Part shown: piece after piece, positions 17,719-27,345 of the stretch
Layout: each line of letters begins with the position of its first letter
How positions within the stretch are numbered: position 1 is the stretch's first letter
Source of the DNA: an uncultured bacterium
GTDB taxonomy: Bacteria > Actinomycetota > Actinomycetes > S36-B12 > UBA5976
Assembly (NCBI GenBank): GCA_963978265.1
Contig: CAXBQV010000003.1
Coordinates: forward strand, 1 to 39,367
Length of the DNA: 39,367 bases
Direction of reading: 5' to 3'
The notes under the pieces: model-generated
Told to the model about the DNA's origin: nothing
Seen by the model: only the letters and a program-made list of their open reading frames with translations
The model's database searches: none
Translations under genes and position numbers: made by a program

Positions 17719-17810
17719 GCCTCGATTCTTTCAGCGCTGATTCAGGATCGCCACCGTCGGCCCCGTGCATCGCGCCACGGAGCTGCCACCGGGAGACCGG
17801 TGCCGCGGGA

Positions 17811-18383
17811 TCAAAGAACGACGCCTTCGCGCGCCAACCACTGTTCGCGCGTGACAGCCCACGACGTGTGCGGCTCATCGCCGCAGGAACACGCACCGGT
17901 GTTGTCGATGATGGAGAAGCCCAACTTCTCCGGAATCCGGCGACTCTTCAGATTGTCGATCTTGTGCTTCAACAGCACGCGGTGAACCTCGGGGAATCGG
18001 AATGCGTAGTCGGTAAGTGCTTTGGTGACCCGGGTCGCGATGCCACGTCCCTGCCACTCCTCATCCACCCAATACCCGACCTCGACATCATGCGGTTCGT
18101 TGCGGTCGTGCAATCCGGTGCCACCGACGAGTTGCCCTGCGCAGAAGATTCCGATCGCCTGATCAGCGCCGTCCACGGGGTACTTCTCGACCCACTCCGC
18201 AAGCAGTGCGCGGCGCGCGTCGAGTCCGATCGGCTCTTTGAGAATCCAGGGGCCGATCCAGGGGAGGAGGTACTCGCGATTCGTCACGATGGCATCGTCG
18301 AGCAATTGCAGATCATCCATCGTGTACTCGCGCACGACCAGCTCGTCGATGACGAGTGGCGGATGCACGCGGATCTTGGCCAT
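17811..18383 (-). CDS. GNAT acetyltransferase, RimJ/RimL family
   Basis: NREYLLPW, EVGYWV...QGRGIAT, N.KSRRIPEKLGF. Confidence 0.92.
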   Translation of the reverse strand: MAKIRVHPPLVIDELVVREYTMDDLQLLDDAIVTNREYLLPWIGPWILKEPIGLDARRALLAEWVEKYPVDGADQAIGIFCAGQLVGGTGLHDRNEPHDVEVGYWVDEEWQGRGIATRVTKALTDYAFRFPEVHRVLLKHKIDNLKSRRIPEKLGFSIIDNTGACSCGDEPHTSWAVTREQWLAREGVVL

Positions 18384-18399
18384 GGGCCAAGGGTAGGCG

Positions 18400-18831
18400 C
18401 TATTGCGTGATGTAGTTGATCAGCGCGGAACGTTCGTCGGCCAGTTCCTCGAGCCTATGGCGCACGAGATCACCAATACTGACCACGGCAAGGAGCGCGC
18501 CTTCGCTGTCGACGACGGGCACGTGACGGAACTTGTGCTCGGTCATTGTCTGCATGAGACCTTCGACAGTGTCTTCCTGTGTGCAGGTGTACACGTCCTT
18601 CGTCATGAGATCCGCAACCGTGAGGGCGCTCACTTCACCCGTGTGCGTGGCCAATGCGCGTACGACGTCGCGCTCGGAAATGATGCCCACGATGTGCCGG
18701 CCGTCGTCGGACACGATCACTGCGCCGATGTTGTGGCGTTTAAGGACGTCGACGAGGTGTGCGATGTTCGAACTGCTGTTGATCGTGGCAACGAACGGAC
18801 CCTTGTGGGCGATGATGTTTGCGATCTTCAC
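18400..18831 (-). CDS. CBS-domain pair protein
   Basis: HNIGAVIV, GIISERDVVR, LMT...TC, MTEHKFRHVPV, VSIGDLV. GTG 18831 follows GAGGGG. Confidence 0.92.
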   Translation of the reverse strand: MKIANIIAHKGPFVATINSSSNIAHLVDVLKRHNIGAVIVSDDGRHIVGIISERDVVRALATHTGEVSALTVADLMTKDVYTCTQEDTVEGLMQTMTEHKFRHVPVVDSEGALLAVVSIGDLVRHRLEELADERSALINYITQ

Positions 18832-18890
18832 GACGACCCCCTCTACGGATAACCGCATGTTCCGCCAACCGGGGTCGCTGCACAAGACCC

Positions 18891-19781
18891 CTAGGTGTTC
18901 GGATCCACTCCTTCCGGCTCCCGGCTGGAGCGGACGACCACCACCAGTCCGATGAGCACGAGGACGGCACCGGGCAGCAACTCCCAGGGCGGCGTCTGGC
19001 CGGGCCAGACCCAGCCGAGCAGGGTTGCTCCGGGCACTTCCAGCAGGATCGCAAGACTCACGGCCGTGGCACTGAAGCTTCGGAGTGCCATGTTCATCAG
19101 CGAGTGGCCACCGAGCTGTGCGAAAACCGTGATCGCGACGATCAGCCACCAGTCACGGACGCTGAAGCCGACGAGTTGGGTGCCGGTCACGAGGCAGAGT
19201 ACGAGCAGGGTGAGCGCCGCAACGACATAGACGACTGATGTGTAGGCGGACAGCGGGAGGACGGATCGCACGCGCTGGCCGAACACCACGTACGCGGCGG
19301 CGGCAACTGCACCGGCGAGCGCGAGGAGGTCTCCGAACAAGGCGTCGGGGTCGAGCGAGATGTCGATGCCGGTGAGCACGAACGTCCCGATCAATGCGAT
19401 GCCGATTCCGATCCACTCCGCACGTGGTGCGCGATGACCGGTAGCAAAAGCGATGAGGGCAGCCCAGACCACTTGGGTGGCGACCAAAGCAGTGGATGCT
19501 GCGATCGACGTGTAACGCAGCGACGGGATCCAGGTGCCGAAATGCATCCCGAGCAGGATGCCCGCCGCGAATGTGTACCACCACATTTTCGGCGAAAGCG
19601 CTCGAAGTTGCGCGCGTTGACGAAAAGCGAAGGGGATCGTGGCAGCTGCACCGAGGATGTTGCGCCACAACGCGATGGCGAGAACAGGTCCGCTGAATGC
19701 CACGATGATCGGACCGGAAAACGCGATGCTCACAATCGAGACGGCGAGGGCTGCGGTGTCGATGCGTCGTTCGCGGCTCAT
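18891..19781 (-). CDS. EamA/DMT family transporter
   Basis: About 10 TMs; LGMHF.TW..SL.YTSIA, GDLLAL.GA, QLGGHSL.N, LLEVPGA. ATGA overlap with the ABC-F stop. Confidence 0.92.
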   Translation of the reverse strand: MSRERRIDTAALAVSIVSIAFSGPIIVAFSGPVLAIALWRNILGAAATIPFAFRQRAQLRALSPKMWWYTFAAGILLGMHFGTWIPSLRYTSIAASTALVATQVVWAALIAFATGHRAPRAEWIGIGIALIGTFVLTGIDISLDPDALFGDLLALAGAVAAAAYVVFGQRVRSVLPLSAYTSVVYVVAALTLLVLCLVTGTQLVGFSVRDWWLIVAITVFAQLGGHSLMNMALRSFSATAVSLAILLEVPGATLLGWVWPGQTPPWELLPGAVLVLIGLVVVVRSSREPEGVDPNT

Positions 19782-21544
19782 GCCTCCAACGCCTCCATTG
19801 CTTCCAACCAGGCTGCCTCGAGTCGCGCCTTGTCCTCGTGCAGTGACCGCAGGTCGGCATCCAATTCCGCGATTCTTCCGTAGTCGGATGCGTGTTGCGC
19901 CATTTCTCCATGCAGCGTGGCTATTCGGTCTTCGCACTTCTCCATCTGTCGCTCGAGCCGCTGCACCTCCTTCTTGAGCATGCGCTCGTCCGCGCCCGTC
20001 GACCTCGGCTTCTGTGCGTTCGGTCGCTCCGTCACCACCGACGAACGGAGTCGGAGGTACTCGTCGATACCTCCCGGCAGGTCGCGGATCTGTCCGTCGC
20101 CGAGCAGTCCCACGAAGCGCTCGCTCACACGTTCGAGGAAGTAGCGATCATGGGAGATGCAGAGCATCGTGCCCGCGAAACCGTCGAGCAGATCTTCAAG
20201 TGCGGCAAGGGTTTCGACGTCGAAGTCATTCGTGGGTTCGTCGAGCACGAGCACGTTGGGTCCGGCCATGAGGAGTCGGGTGAGTTGCAGTCGGCGACGT
20301 TCGCCACCAGAGAGATCTCCGACAGGCGTCCATTGCGCCTCCGGGCCGAAGCCGAGTTTCTCGCACAATTGCGATGCGGTGAGCTCGCGACCTTTGCCGA
20401 GATCCACCCGTTCGGCAACACGCTGCACGGATTCGAGCAATCGCCACGCGGGATCCAGCTCCTCGAGGTGCTGACTCAGATATGCAGGTTTCACCGTGAC
20501 GCCGGTGACGAGTTTGCCGACGTTCGGCTTGATGTGGCCGAGCAGCATGCGGACGAGCGATGTCTTGCCCGCACCGTTCACTCCGACGATGCCGATGCGA
20601 TCCCCGGGCCCCACATTCCAGGTCTGCCGGCGCAGGAGCAGGGTGTCCCCAACGGCGAGATCGGTGTCGTGCAATTCGAACACCGTTTTCCCGAGGCGTG
20701 CGCCGGCGAAGCCGAGCAACTCGATGCTGTTTCTCGGCGGCGGTTCACCGTGGATAAGTTGATTCGCGGCATCGACGCGGAACTTCGGCTTCGTGGTTCG
20801 TGCCGGTGCTCCGCGACGCAACCAGGCCAGCTCCTTTCGCAAGAGATTCCGACGACGTGCATCCTCCGCGCTGGCCTGTCGCGAGCGCTCGGCCTTGGCA
20901 AGCACGTATGCGCTGTACCCGCCCTCGTATTCCTCGACCGAACCATCCACGACTTCCCACATGCGATCACAGATCTCGTCGAGGAACCAACGGTCATGTG
21001 TGACGACGATGACGGCAAGATTCCGTCGCGATTTCAGGTGTGATGCCAGCCAGGCGATTGCTTCGACATCGAGATGGTTCGTCGGTTCGTCGAGTAGGAG
21101 AACGTCGAGTTCCGTGATGAGCAGTCTGGCGAGCGCAACGCGTCGACGTTCACCGCCACTCATCGGTGCAACTGTTCGATCGAGCACGTCGTTGGAGTGT
21201 CCGCCGAGGATGCCGTTGAGGACGTCGCGGATTGCTGCGTCTCCGGCCCAGTCATGCTCTGCGAGATTGCCGAGCACAACAGATCGCACCGTCGCATCAG
21301 CCGCGAAGTCGTCGATCTGGGCGAGCATGCCGAGTCGAACGTCGTTGCCGCGCGTGACCCGACCGATTTCCACCGGTTCCCGCCCGGCAATTACACGCAT
21401 CAGTGTCGACTTGCCGCCACCATTGCGGCCGACAATGCCGATGCGTTCGTTTTCGGCGACACCGAGCGACACGTCATCGAGTACGGGACCTTTTCCGTAC
21501 GACTTCGAAACGTGCTCAATGTTGATGAGATTGCGGGTTGCCAT
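19778..21544 (-). CDS. ABC-F family ATPase (Uup-like)
   Basis: Two NBDs (GRNGGGKS / GVNGAGKT, MSGGE / LSGGE, DEPTN twice), ELAWLRRG.PAR linker, C-terminal coiled coil, no TM. Confidence 0.94.
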   Translation of the reverse strand: MATRNLINIEHVSKSYGKGPVLDDVSLGVAENERIGIVGRNGGGKSTLMRVIAGREPVEIGRVTRGNDVRLGMLAQIDDFAADATVRSVVLGNLAEHDWAGDAAIRDVLNGILGGHSNDVLDRTVAPMSGGERRRVALARLLITELDVLLLDEPTNHLDVEAIAWLASHLKSRRNLAVIVVTHDRWFLDEICDRMWEVVDGSVEEYEGGYSAYVLAKAERSRQASAEDARRRNLLRKELAWLRRGAPARTTKPKFRVDAANQLIHGEPPPRNSIELLGFAGARLGKTVFELHDTDLAVGDTLLLRRQTWNVGPGDRIGIVGVNGAGKTSLVRMLLGHIKPNVGKLVTGVTVKPAYLSQHLEELDPAWRLLESVQRVAERVDLGKGRELTASQLCEKLGFGPEAQWTPVGDLSGGERRRLQLTRLLMAGPNVLVLDEPTNDFDVETLAALEDLLDGFAGTMLCISHDRYFLERVSERFVGLLGDGQIRDLPGGIDEYLRLRSSVVTERPNAQKPRSTGADERMLKKEVQRLERQMEKCEDRIATLHGEMAQHASDYGRIAELDADLRSLHEDKARLEAAWLEAMEALEA

Positions 21545-21585
21545 CGCGGTCAATTGTGCTACAGAAGTATGGAACGATTGCACGC

Positions 21586-22956
21586 ATGCAGAAGTCGCCA
21601 TTGCGTGAGGTCCTGACGCTGGCGATTCCGGTATCTCTCGAGATGCTGGTCGCACTCGTCATGAACTTCATCAACCAGATCGTGGTCGGCGGTCTTGGCG
21701 CCACCCCGATTGCGGCTGTGGGCTTCAGCAACTCGATCACGTTCATCGCGATGATCACCTTCGGTTCCATTGGCGGATCTGTGGCGATCATGGCCTCCCG
21801 TGCACACGGTGGCGGCAGGCTGCACGAGCTCAATGCGGTGGTGCACGCCGCCCTCGTCCTCGGATCGCTCATCTCCGCGGTCTTCATCGCGATCCCGGCG
21901 TTCTTCCCCTCACAGGTGCTCACCATCGCCGGAGGCTCGTCAACGGTGGTTGCAACCGGATCCGAGTACTTGCGGCTCACCTCCATCGCGTTGCTCCCAA
22001 CCGTTGCGAGCCGCGTGTTCGGCGGCTTCATGCGTTCCACCGGCCGTACGCGCACGCCACTCATTGCCACATCCATCGCAACAGTGACGAACACCGTTGT
22101 CGGAATCCTGCTGGTATACGGCGTCGGTCCGTTTCCGGAACTCGGTGTCGTCGGCGCTGGCTACGCGACGTTGCTCGCGTCACTGCTGAATGTCGGCATT
22201 CTGGTCTTCATCATCTACGGACGTGCGCATCTCCTGCACTGGGAATTGCCGCTCACGCGTCTCGAATGGAGACAGGTCGCAGCGCCACTCATGACGCTGG
22301 CCGCTCCGATGGCACTCACCGAATTGGTGTGGTCGTTCGGGATGTACCTCTACAACGTGCTCTTCCAACGACTCGGTGACGAACCGCTTGCGGCCGCCCA
22401 GATCGCCGGCACCCTTGAAGGGGTGTTCATCGTGACCGCATTCGGACTCATGAACGCGTCGACCGCACTTATCGGCAAGTCGCTTGGCCAGGGCGATGCA
22501 AAGGCGGCTCGGCAATGGGTGCGACGGATCAAGAAGGCATCGGTGGTCGGCGGCTTCATCCTCGGCGCCGCGTACCTCGCGTCGGCGTCGCTGCTGCCGC
22601 TGCTGTTCCCGAATGTCTCGCCGGAGGTCCGTCGGATGGCAATCATCGCGATCGCGATCAACGCATTGTTCGAATGGGCGAAGACACTGAATGGAGTGAT
22701 GGGTGTTGGCGTCCTGCCGAGCGGCAGCGACATGAAGGGCGTGGTGCTCGGTGACGGTCTCAGCATCGGTCTCGTGGGCTTGCCGGTCGGTGCCCTGCTC
22801 GGTCTGTGCACGCCGCTCGGTCTCTACGGCGTCGTCATCGGCAGACAACTCGAGGAAGTCTGCAAGCAATTCATCTTCCGCGCCCGGGCACGACGAATCG
22901 ACTGGGAACGGCTCGCGATCGAACATGGTTCGGGTGCTAGCCTCGAGCCGAAATGA
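21586..22956 (+). CDS. MATE family efflux transporter
   Basis: LAIP..LE, VGGLG...IAAVG, G.EYLR, MRSTG.TRTPL, PELGVVGAG.AT, IGKSLG; about 12 TMs. Confidence 0.93.
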   Translation: MQKSPLREVLTLAIPVSLEMLVALVMNFINQIVVGGLGATPIAAVGFSNSITFIAMITFGSIGGSVAIMASRAHGGGRLHELNAVVHAALVLGSLISAVFIAIPAFFPSQVLTIAGGSSTVVATGSEYLRLTSIALLPTVASRVFGGFMRSTGRTRTPLIATSIATVTNTVVGILLVYGVGPFPELGVVGAGYATLLASLLNVGILVFIIYGRAHLLHWELPLTRLEWRQVAAPLMTLAAPMALTELVWSFGMYLYNVLFQRLGDEPLAAAQIAGTLEGVFIVTAFGLMNASTALIGKSLGQGDAKAARQWVRRIKKASVVGGFILGAAYLASASLLPLLFPNVSPEVRRMAIIAIAINALFEWAKTLNGVMGVGVLPSGSDMKGVVLGDGLSIGLVGLPVGALLGLCTPLGLYGVVIGRQLEEVCKQFIFRARARRIDWERLAIEHGSGASLEPK

Positions 22957-24065
22957 GCACGCACCTCGACATGATTTCGACGGCCATCGACGCACTTGCG
23001 CAGGGTCGCTACGTCATCGTGCTCGATGAGAACGATCGCGAAACCGAGGCTGCACTGATCTTCCCTGCAGCGACGGCAACTGCGGAGCAGATGGCGTACC
23101 TCATGCGCAACAGCACCGGCATCATCGGGGTGGCAGTGCCCGGCGAGGTCCTGGACCGACTCGGCATTCCGCCGATGACGGCGATCAACCAGCACTCGCA
23201 CGGTATCGGCATGGCGGTGTCGGTGGACGCACGCAACGTGCGGGGCAACGGGGCTTCGGCGGCGGATCGCGCACTCACTGCTCGGGTGATTGCGGATCCG
23301 AATGCTCGACGCACGGATGTCGTGCGCCCGGGCTGCATGTTCCCGTACCGCGCCGTATCCGGTGGTGTGCTCCGTCGCACCGGTTGTGTCGAAGCAGCAG
23401 TCGACCTCTTCAAGATCGGCGGAATGCCCGCGGCGGCGGTCACCGCGGAACTCGTGAACGACGACGGCAGTCTCATGAACGGTGCACAGGCCCGCACGTT
23501 CGCGCAGGCGGGCGACATTCCATTGGTCACCATTCCCCAACTCGTGCAGCATCGCATGAGCAACGAACGTGCGATCGAACGCGTGGCAGAGGCGGAACTC
23601 CCCACCGACTTCGGCATGTTCCGCATGATCGGCTACCGCAGTCTGGTCGACGATGCCGAACATGTTGCGCTGGTCGCCGGCGACATCTCGAGCGGTGAGG
23701 ATGTGCTCGTACGTGTGCATGCCGAATGCCTGCTCGGCGACGTCGTATGTTCGACGCGCTGCAAATGCAATGCGCGACTGCATCGGTCCATGCAACGGAT
23801 TCAGGACGAAGGACGCGGGGCGCTGATCTATACGCGTGCGCAGGCTGCGCAGGGATCGGGACTGCTGGCGAGAATCACGGCGTATTCGGTGGGCGATGAT
23901 GCGAGTTCGCATCTACCGCCAACCGATGTGAAGAACTACGGCACCGGATCGCAGATCCTCAAGGATCTCGGCGTGCACTCGATGCGACTGCTCACCGGCG
24001 CCCCGGATCGCCCAGTCAACCTCGAGAGCTTCGGCCTGAGCATCACCGGCGTAGAAGCGATCTGA
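22953..24065 (+). CDS. ribBA: RibBA-like (DHBP synthase / GTP cyclohydrolase II) protein with degenerate active sites
   Basis: Two-domain architecture is clear (SVDA, SAADRA, RPG, GGVL.R; LPT.FG.F, EHVAL, VRVH.EC..GD...S.RC.C, YG.G.QIL.DLG), but many catalytic residues are substituted. Confidence 0.85.
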   Translation: MSTHLDMISTAIDALAQGRYVIVLDENDRETEAALIFPAATATAEQMAYLMRNSTGIIGVAVPGEVLDRLGIPPMTAINQHSHGIGMAVSVDARNVRGNGASAADRALTARVIADPNARRTDVVRPGCMFPYRAVSGGVLRRTGCVEAAVDLFKIGGMPAAAVTAELVNDDGSLMNGAQARTFAQAGDIPLVTIPQLVQHRMSNERAIERVAEAELPTDFGMFRMIGYRSLVDDAEHVALVAGDISSGEDVLVRVHAECLLGDVVCSTRCKCNARLHRSMQRIQDEGRGALIYTRAQAAQGSGLLARITAYSVGDDASSHLPPTDVKNYGTGSQILKDLGVHSMRLLTGAPDRPVNLESFGLSITGVEAI

Positions 24066-24150
24066 CCGCTCGTCGTCGGTCACGGTCGGCTCGAAACCCC
24101 GAACAGCCGCAATCTGCACCATTCGGCAGAGCAGGTTCTACGGTCTGGGC

Positions 24151-24627
24151 ATGGACCTCTTCACCCGAATTGCGATCATGGATCAGCTACAGGTGCTGCT
24201 CGATGCGTTCGTGGCATCCGTGCTTGGCGGTCTGATCGGGTGGGAGCGGGATCGGGCCGGGAAGTCTGCGGGTCCACGAACCATGGCGCTCGTTGCCACT
24301 GCTGCGTCGATGGTGGTGTCGATCGGTGTCATCGTCGACCGCAACGCCGCACTCGGGGATCCGACACGCGCCATGCATGCCGTAATCACGGGCATCGGCT
24401 TCCTCGGCGCTGGCCTCATCTTCAACGGGAAGGCATCCGGAGTCCAGGGTGTCACCACTGCCGCTACCGTGTTCGCGACCGCCGCCGTCGGATCCGCGGT
24501 CGGACTCGGTTTCCAACTGTCGGCTGTGGGGATCACCGTGCTACTCCTCGCGATTCTGAGGTCCACCCACATGCTCGAAGCAGCGGCGATCAAACTGCAC
24601 CTGACGGAGAACGAGCAGAACGACTGA
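24151..24627 (+). CDS. MgtC/SapB family membrane protein
   Basis: LGGLIGWER...KSAGPRT..LV, DPTR...VITGIGFLGAG, GVTTAA. Confidence 0.93.
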   Translation: MDLFTRIAIMDQLQVLLDAFVASVLGGLIGWERDRAGKSAGPRTMALVATAASMVVSIGVIVDRNAALGDPTRAMHAVITGIGFLGAGLIFNGKASGVQGVTTAATVFATAAVGSAVGLGFQLSAVGITVLLLAILRSTHMLEAAAIKLHLTENEQND

Positions 24628-24656
24628 CCGCAGTCACACTTACACTTGGCCCACCA

Positions 24657-24729
24657 GCCTTCGTAGCTCAATGGATAGAGCAGCTCCGTCCTAAGGAGAC
24701 GGTTGGGGGTTCGACTCCCTCCGAGGGCA
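24657..24729 (+). tRNA. tRNA-Arg(CCT)
   Basis: Acceptor GCCTTCG/CGAGGGC, D-arm GCTCAATGGATAGAGC, loop GT-CCT-AA, GGTTCGACTCC T-arm; CCA not encoded. TACACT -10 at 24641. Confidence 0.93.
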
Positions 24730-24746
24730 CTCGTTAGAGTCGTCTC

Positions 24747-24905
24747 ATGACCACATGGGAATACGCCACGGTGCCGTTGCTCGTCCACGCAACAAAGCAG
24801 ATCCTCGACAACTGGGGACTCGATGGCTGGGAGCTCGTACAGGTCGTGCCGGGCCCGAACCCCGAGAGCCTGGTCGCATACTTCAAGCGCCCGATTGGCG
24901 GCTGA
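24747..24905 (+). CDS. DUF4177 small protein (not in ORF track)
   Basis: MTTWEYATVPLLVHATKQILDNWGLDGWELVQVVPGPNPESLVAYFKRPIGG; usual position upstream of the Rid gene in actinobacteria; TAGAGT -10 lies 6 nt upstream. Confidence 0.93.
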   Translation: MTTWEYATVPLLVHATKQILDNWGLDGWELVQVVPGPNPESLVAYFKRPIGG

Positions 24906-24906
24906 A

Positions 24907-25371
24907 ATGTCCACAGTCGAAGCAACGCTCGCACGTCTCGGCCACACACTTCCAGACGTCGCTGCGCCGATCGCCGCGTACGTGCCCGCCGTTCGGTCCG
25001 GAAATCTCGTCTACACCTCGGGGCAGTTGCCGATGGTCGACGGCAAACTCATCACCACCGGCAAAGTTGGTGCGGAGGTCGACGTCGACACCGCGCGAGT
25101 GCTCGCCGAGCGTTGCGCGCTCAATGGGCTTGCCGCAATCAAGCAGGTCATCGGTGACCTCGACAAGATCGTCCGGGTTGTGAAGCTCGTCGGGTTTGTC
25201 GCCGTCGATCCGGCATTCACCAATATGTCGTCGGTTGTCAATGGTGCGAGTGATCTGCTGGGTGCCTGTTTCGGTGACGCCGGCAAGCATGCACGTTCCT
25301 CTGTGGGCATGGCAGCGCTGCCGCTGGATGCCCCGATCGAAGTCGAACTCATCGTTGAAGTTCACGATTAG
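24907..25371 (+). CDS. RidA/YjgF family protein
   Basis: YVPAVRSG..VYTSGQLP, VVKLVGFV, NGASDL, GKHARSSVG..LPLDAPIEVE. Confidence 0.95.
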   Translation: MSTVEATLARLGHTLPDVAAPIAAYVPAVRSGNLVYTSGQLPMVDGKLITTGKVGAEVDVDTARVLAERCALNGLAAIKQVIGDLDKIVRVVKLVGFVAVDPAFTNMSSVVNGASDLLGACFGDAGKHARSSVGMAALPLDAPIEVELIVEVHD

Positions 25372-25380
25372 GATCCACTT

Positions 25381-26055
25381 GTGAACAAGGCCCTGATGTC
25401 GAATCCGCTGTTCGCGGCCCTCGATCCCGAAGCAGCAGGTGCGCTGCGCGCGTCGATGGTCGAACTGCGGGCGCGTAAGGGCGACGTCATCTTCGTCGAG
25501 GGCGAACCGGGCGACCGTTTGTACATCGTCGTCGAGGGGAAGGTGGTCCTCGGCCAGCAGGCACAGGATGGTCGCGAGACATTGCTTGCAGTGCAGGGCC
25601 CCGGAGAGATGTTCGGCGAGCTGTCGTTGTTCGATCCCGGCATCCGTACGTCGACCGCAACCGCGCTCACCGACGCGGTCGTGCTCGGCCTTGGTCGCGA
25701 GGCACTCCGTCCCTGGCTTGCCGGGCGTCCCGAAGTCGCGGAAGCATTGCTCCAGGCACTGGCGCAGCGACTTCGTCGCACGAATGAGGCGATGTCCGAT
25801 CTCGTGTTCTCCGATGTGCCGGGTCGCGTGTCGAAAGCGCTGCTCGATCTCAAGGACAAGTTCGGTGTCGAGCGCAATGGTGAGTGGTTCGTCGAACATG
25901 ACATGACGCAGGAAGAACTTGCGCAACTCGTTGGCGCCTCGCGCGAGACCGTGAACAAGGCGCTTGCAGATTTCGTGCACCGAGGCTGGCTGCGCGTCGA
26001 GCAGCGTTCGGTCACGATCACGGATCTCGAGCGCCTGCAGCGCCGTGCCAAGTGA
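25381..26055 (+). CDS. crp: Crp/Fnr regulator (actinobacterial Crp/GlxR)
   Basis: [14 protein letters not shown] cNMP pocket, [40 protein letters not shown]. Confidence 0.96.
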   Translation: MNKALMSNPLFAALDPEAAGALRASMVELRARKGDVIFVEGEPGDRLYIVVEGKVVLGQQAQDGRETLLAVQGPGEMFGELSLFDPGIRTSTATALTDAVVLGLGREALRPWLAGRPEVAEALLQALAQRLRRTNEAMSDLVFSDVPGRVSKALLDLKDKFGVERNGEWFVEHDMTQEELAQLVGASRETVNKALADFVHRGWLRVEQRSVTITDLERLQRRAK

Positions 26056-26731
26056 CAAGGCGCAAGTCCGCGCGATCTACAACGCGCTGAAGAAGACCTA
26101 TCCGGACGCGCACTGCGAATTGGATTTCAAGAATCCATTGCAGCTTACTGTCGCCACAATCCTCTCCGCGCAGTGCACTGATCGCCGCGTGAATCTCGTG
26201 ACACCTGCACTCTTCAAGCAGTATCCAACAGCGAAGGCGTTCGCGTCCGCCGATCGTGCCGAACTCGAAGCGCTCATTGCACCCACCGGGTTCTTCCGGA
26301 ACAAGGCGACGTCGATCATCGGGATGGCGCAGAAGGTTGTGCACGACTTTGGTGGCGCGATACCGGGAACCCTCGAGGAACTGGTGACTCTGCCCGGTGT
26401 TGGGCGCAAGACGGCGAATGTGATTCTCGGCAATGCTTTCGACATTCCGGGGATCACTGTCGATACGCATTTCGGTCGACTTGCACGTCGATTTGCATGG
26501 ACGACGCACACCGATCCGGTGAAGGTTGAACGCGACATCATGGAGTTGTTCCCATCCAAGGACTGGACGATGCTGTCGCACGTGATGGTCTGGCACGGTC
26601 GACGTCGATGCCATGCAAAGAAGCCTGCATGCGGCGCCTGCCCGATTGCGCGGAGGTGCCCGGCGTTCGGTGAAGGCCCGACAGATCCTGCTGTTGCTGC
26701 CAGACTCGTGAAGACCGAGGGCCGACTGTGA
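26045..26731 (+). CDS. nth: Endonuclease III
   Basis: [15 protein letters not shown], Hh[17 protein letters not shown], 4Fe-4S motif C-x6-C-x2-C-x5-C. GTG start 26045 inferred. Confidence 0.96.
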   Translation: MPSDKAQVRAIYNALKKTYPDAHCELDFKNPLQLTVATILSAQCTDRRVNLVTPALFKQYPTAKAFASADRAELEALIAPTGFFRNKATSIIGMAQKVVHDFGGAIPGTLEELVTLPGVGRKTANVILGNAFDIPGITVDTHFGRLARRFAWTTHTDPVKVERDIMELFPSKDWTMLSHVMVWHGRRRCHAKKPACGACPIARRCPAFGEGPTDPAVAARLVKTEGRL

Positions 26732-27345
26732 CGTGGTTGGCCGACGTCAGGGCGTTCGTCGAGCGCGTGCAGCCCGAGGATTTCGCGCGTTCACTTGCAC
26801 CCGATGATTTCGTCGGACGTGAAAGTGCGATCCTCATCCTGTTTGCCGATGGTGAGCAGGGACCGGACCTGCTCATCATCGAACGCAGTCACAATCTCCG
26901 CTCGCATGCCGGTCAGCCCGCGTTCCCCGGCGGCGGTGCGGAACCCGACGACGACACCCTCATCACGACGGCACTGCGCGAAGCGCAGGAGGAAACTGCT
27001 GTGAATCCGGTTGATGTCACTGTCATCGGCCTCCTTCCCCGACTGTTCGTTCCGGTGTCCGGGTTCGTCGTGACCCCGGTCGTTGCGCACTGGCACCGAC
27101 CGGGACCCGTCTTTGCAGCGGATCCGTTGGAGGTCGCGAGTGTGCATCGGGTTGCGGTTGCCGATCTTGTGAATCCCGCGAACCGGGTGCGTTGGCGTCA
27201 CCCGCGCGGCTACGTCGGTCCCGGCTTCCAGGTGAGCGGGCTGCTTGTGTGGGGATTCACGGGGCAGCTCATCGACGATCTGCTCCGGCAGCTCGGTTGG
27301 GACCAGCCCTGGGACAGCAGCCGGGTTGTGGATGTGACCTCGTGA
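26728..27345 (+). CDS. Nudix CoA pyrophosphatase
   Basis: R...[21 protein letters not shown] Nudix box, [15 protein letters not shown]. Confidence 0.94.
   Translation: MTWLADVRAFVERVQPEDFARSLAPDDFVGRESAILILFADGEQGPDLLIIERSHNLRSHAGQPAFPGGGAEPDDDTLITTALREAQEETAVNPVDVTVIGLLPRLFVPVSGFVVTPVVAHWHRPGPVFAADPLEVASVHRVAVADLVNPANRVRWRHPRGYVGPGFQVSGLLVWGFTGQLIDDLLRQLGWDQPWDSSRVVDVTS

Noticed and set aside
17719-17810. Tandem hairpins upstream of the AspT gene as a possible riboswitch
   Set aside because: Short 6-8 bp stems with no recognisable aptamer consensus; the gene also appears leaderless (AAGAAT 6 nt before ATG). An Rfam cmscan would settle it.
18832-19149. ORF-track N-terminal extensions (CBS to 19149, EamA to 19937, ABC-F to 21655, Rid from 24823, marP from 27192, membrane protein from 6815)
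   Set aside because: They overlap neighbouring genes; downstream starts have an RBS, -10 box or stop/start coupling.
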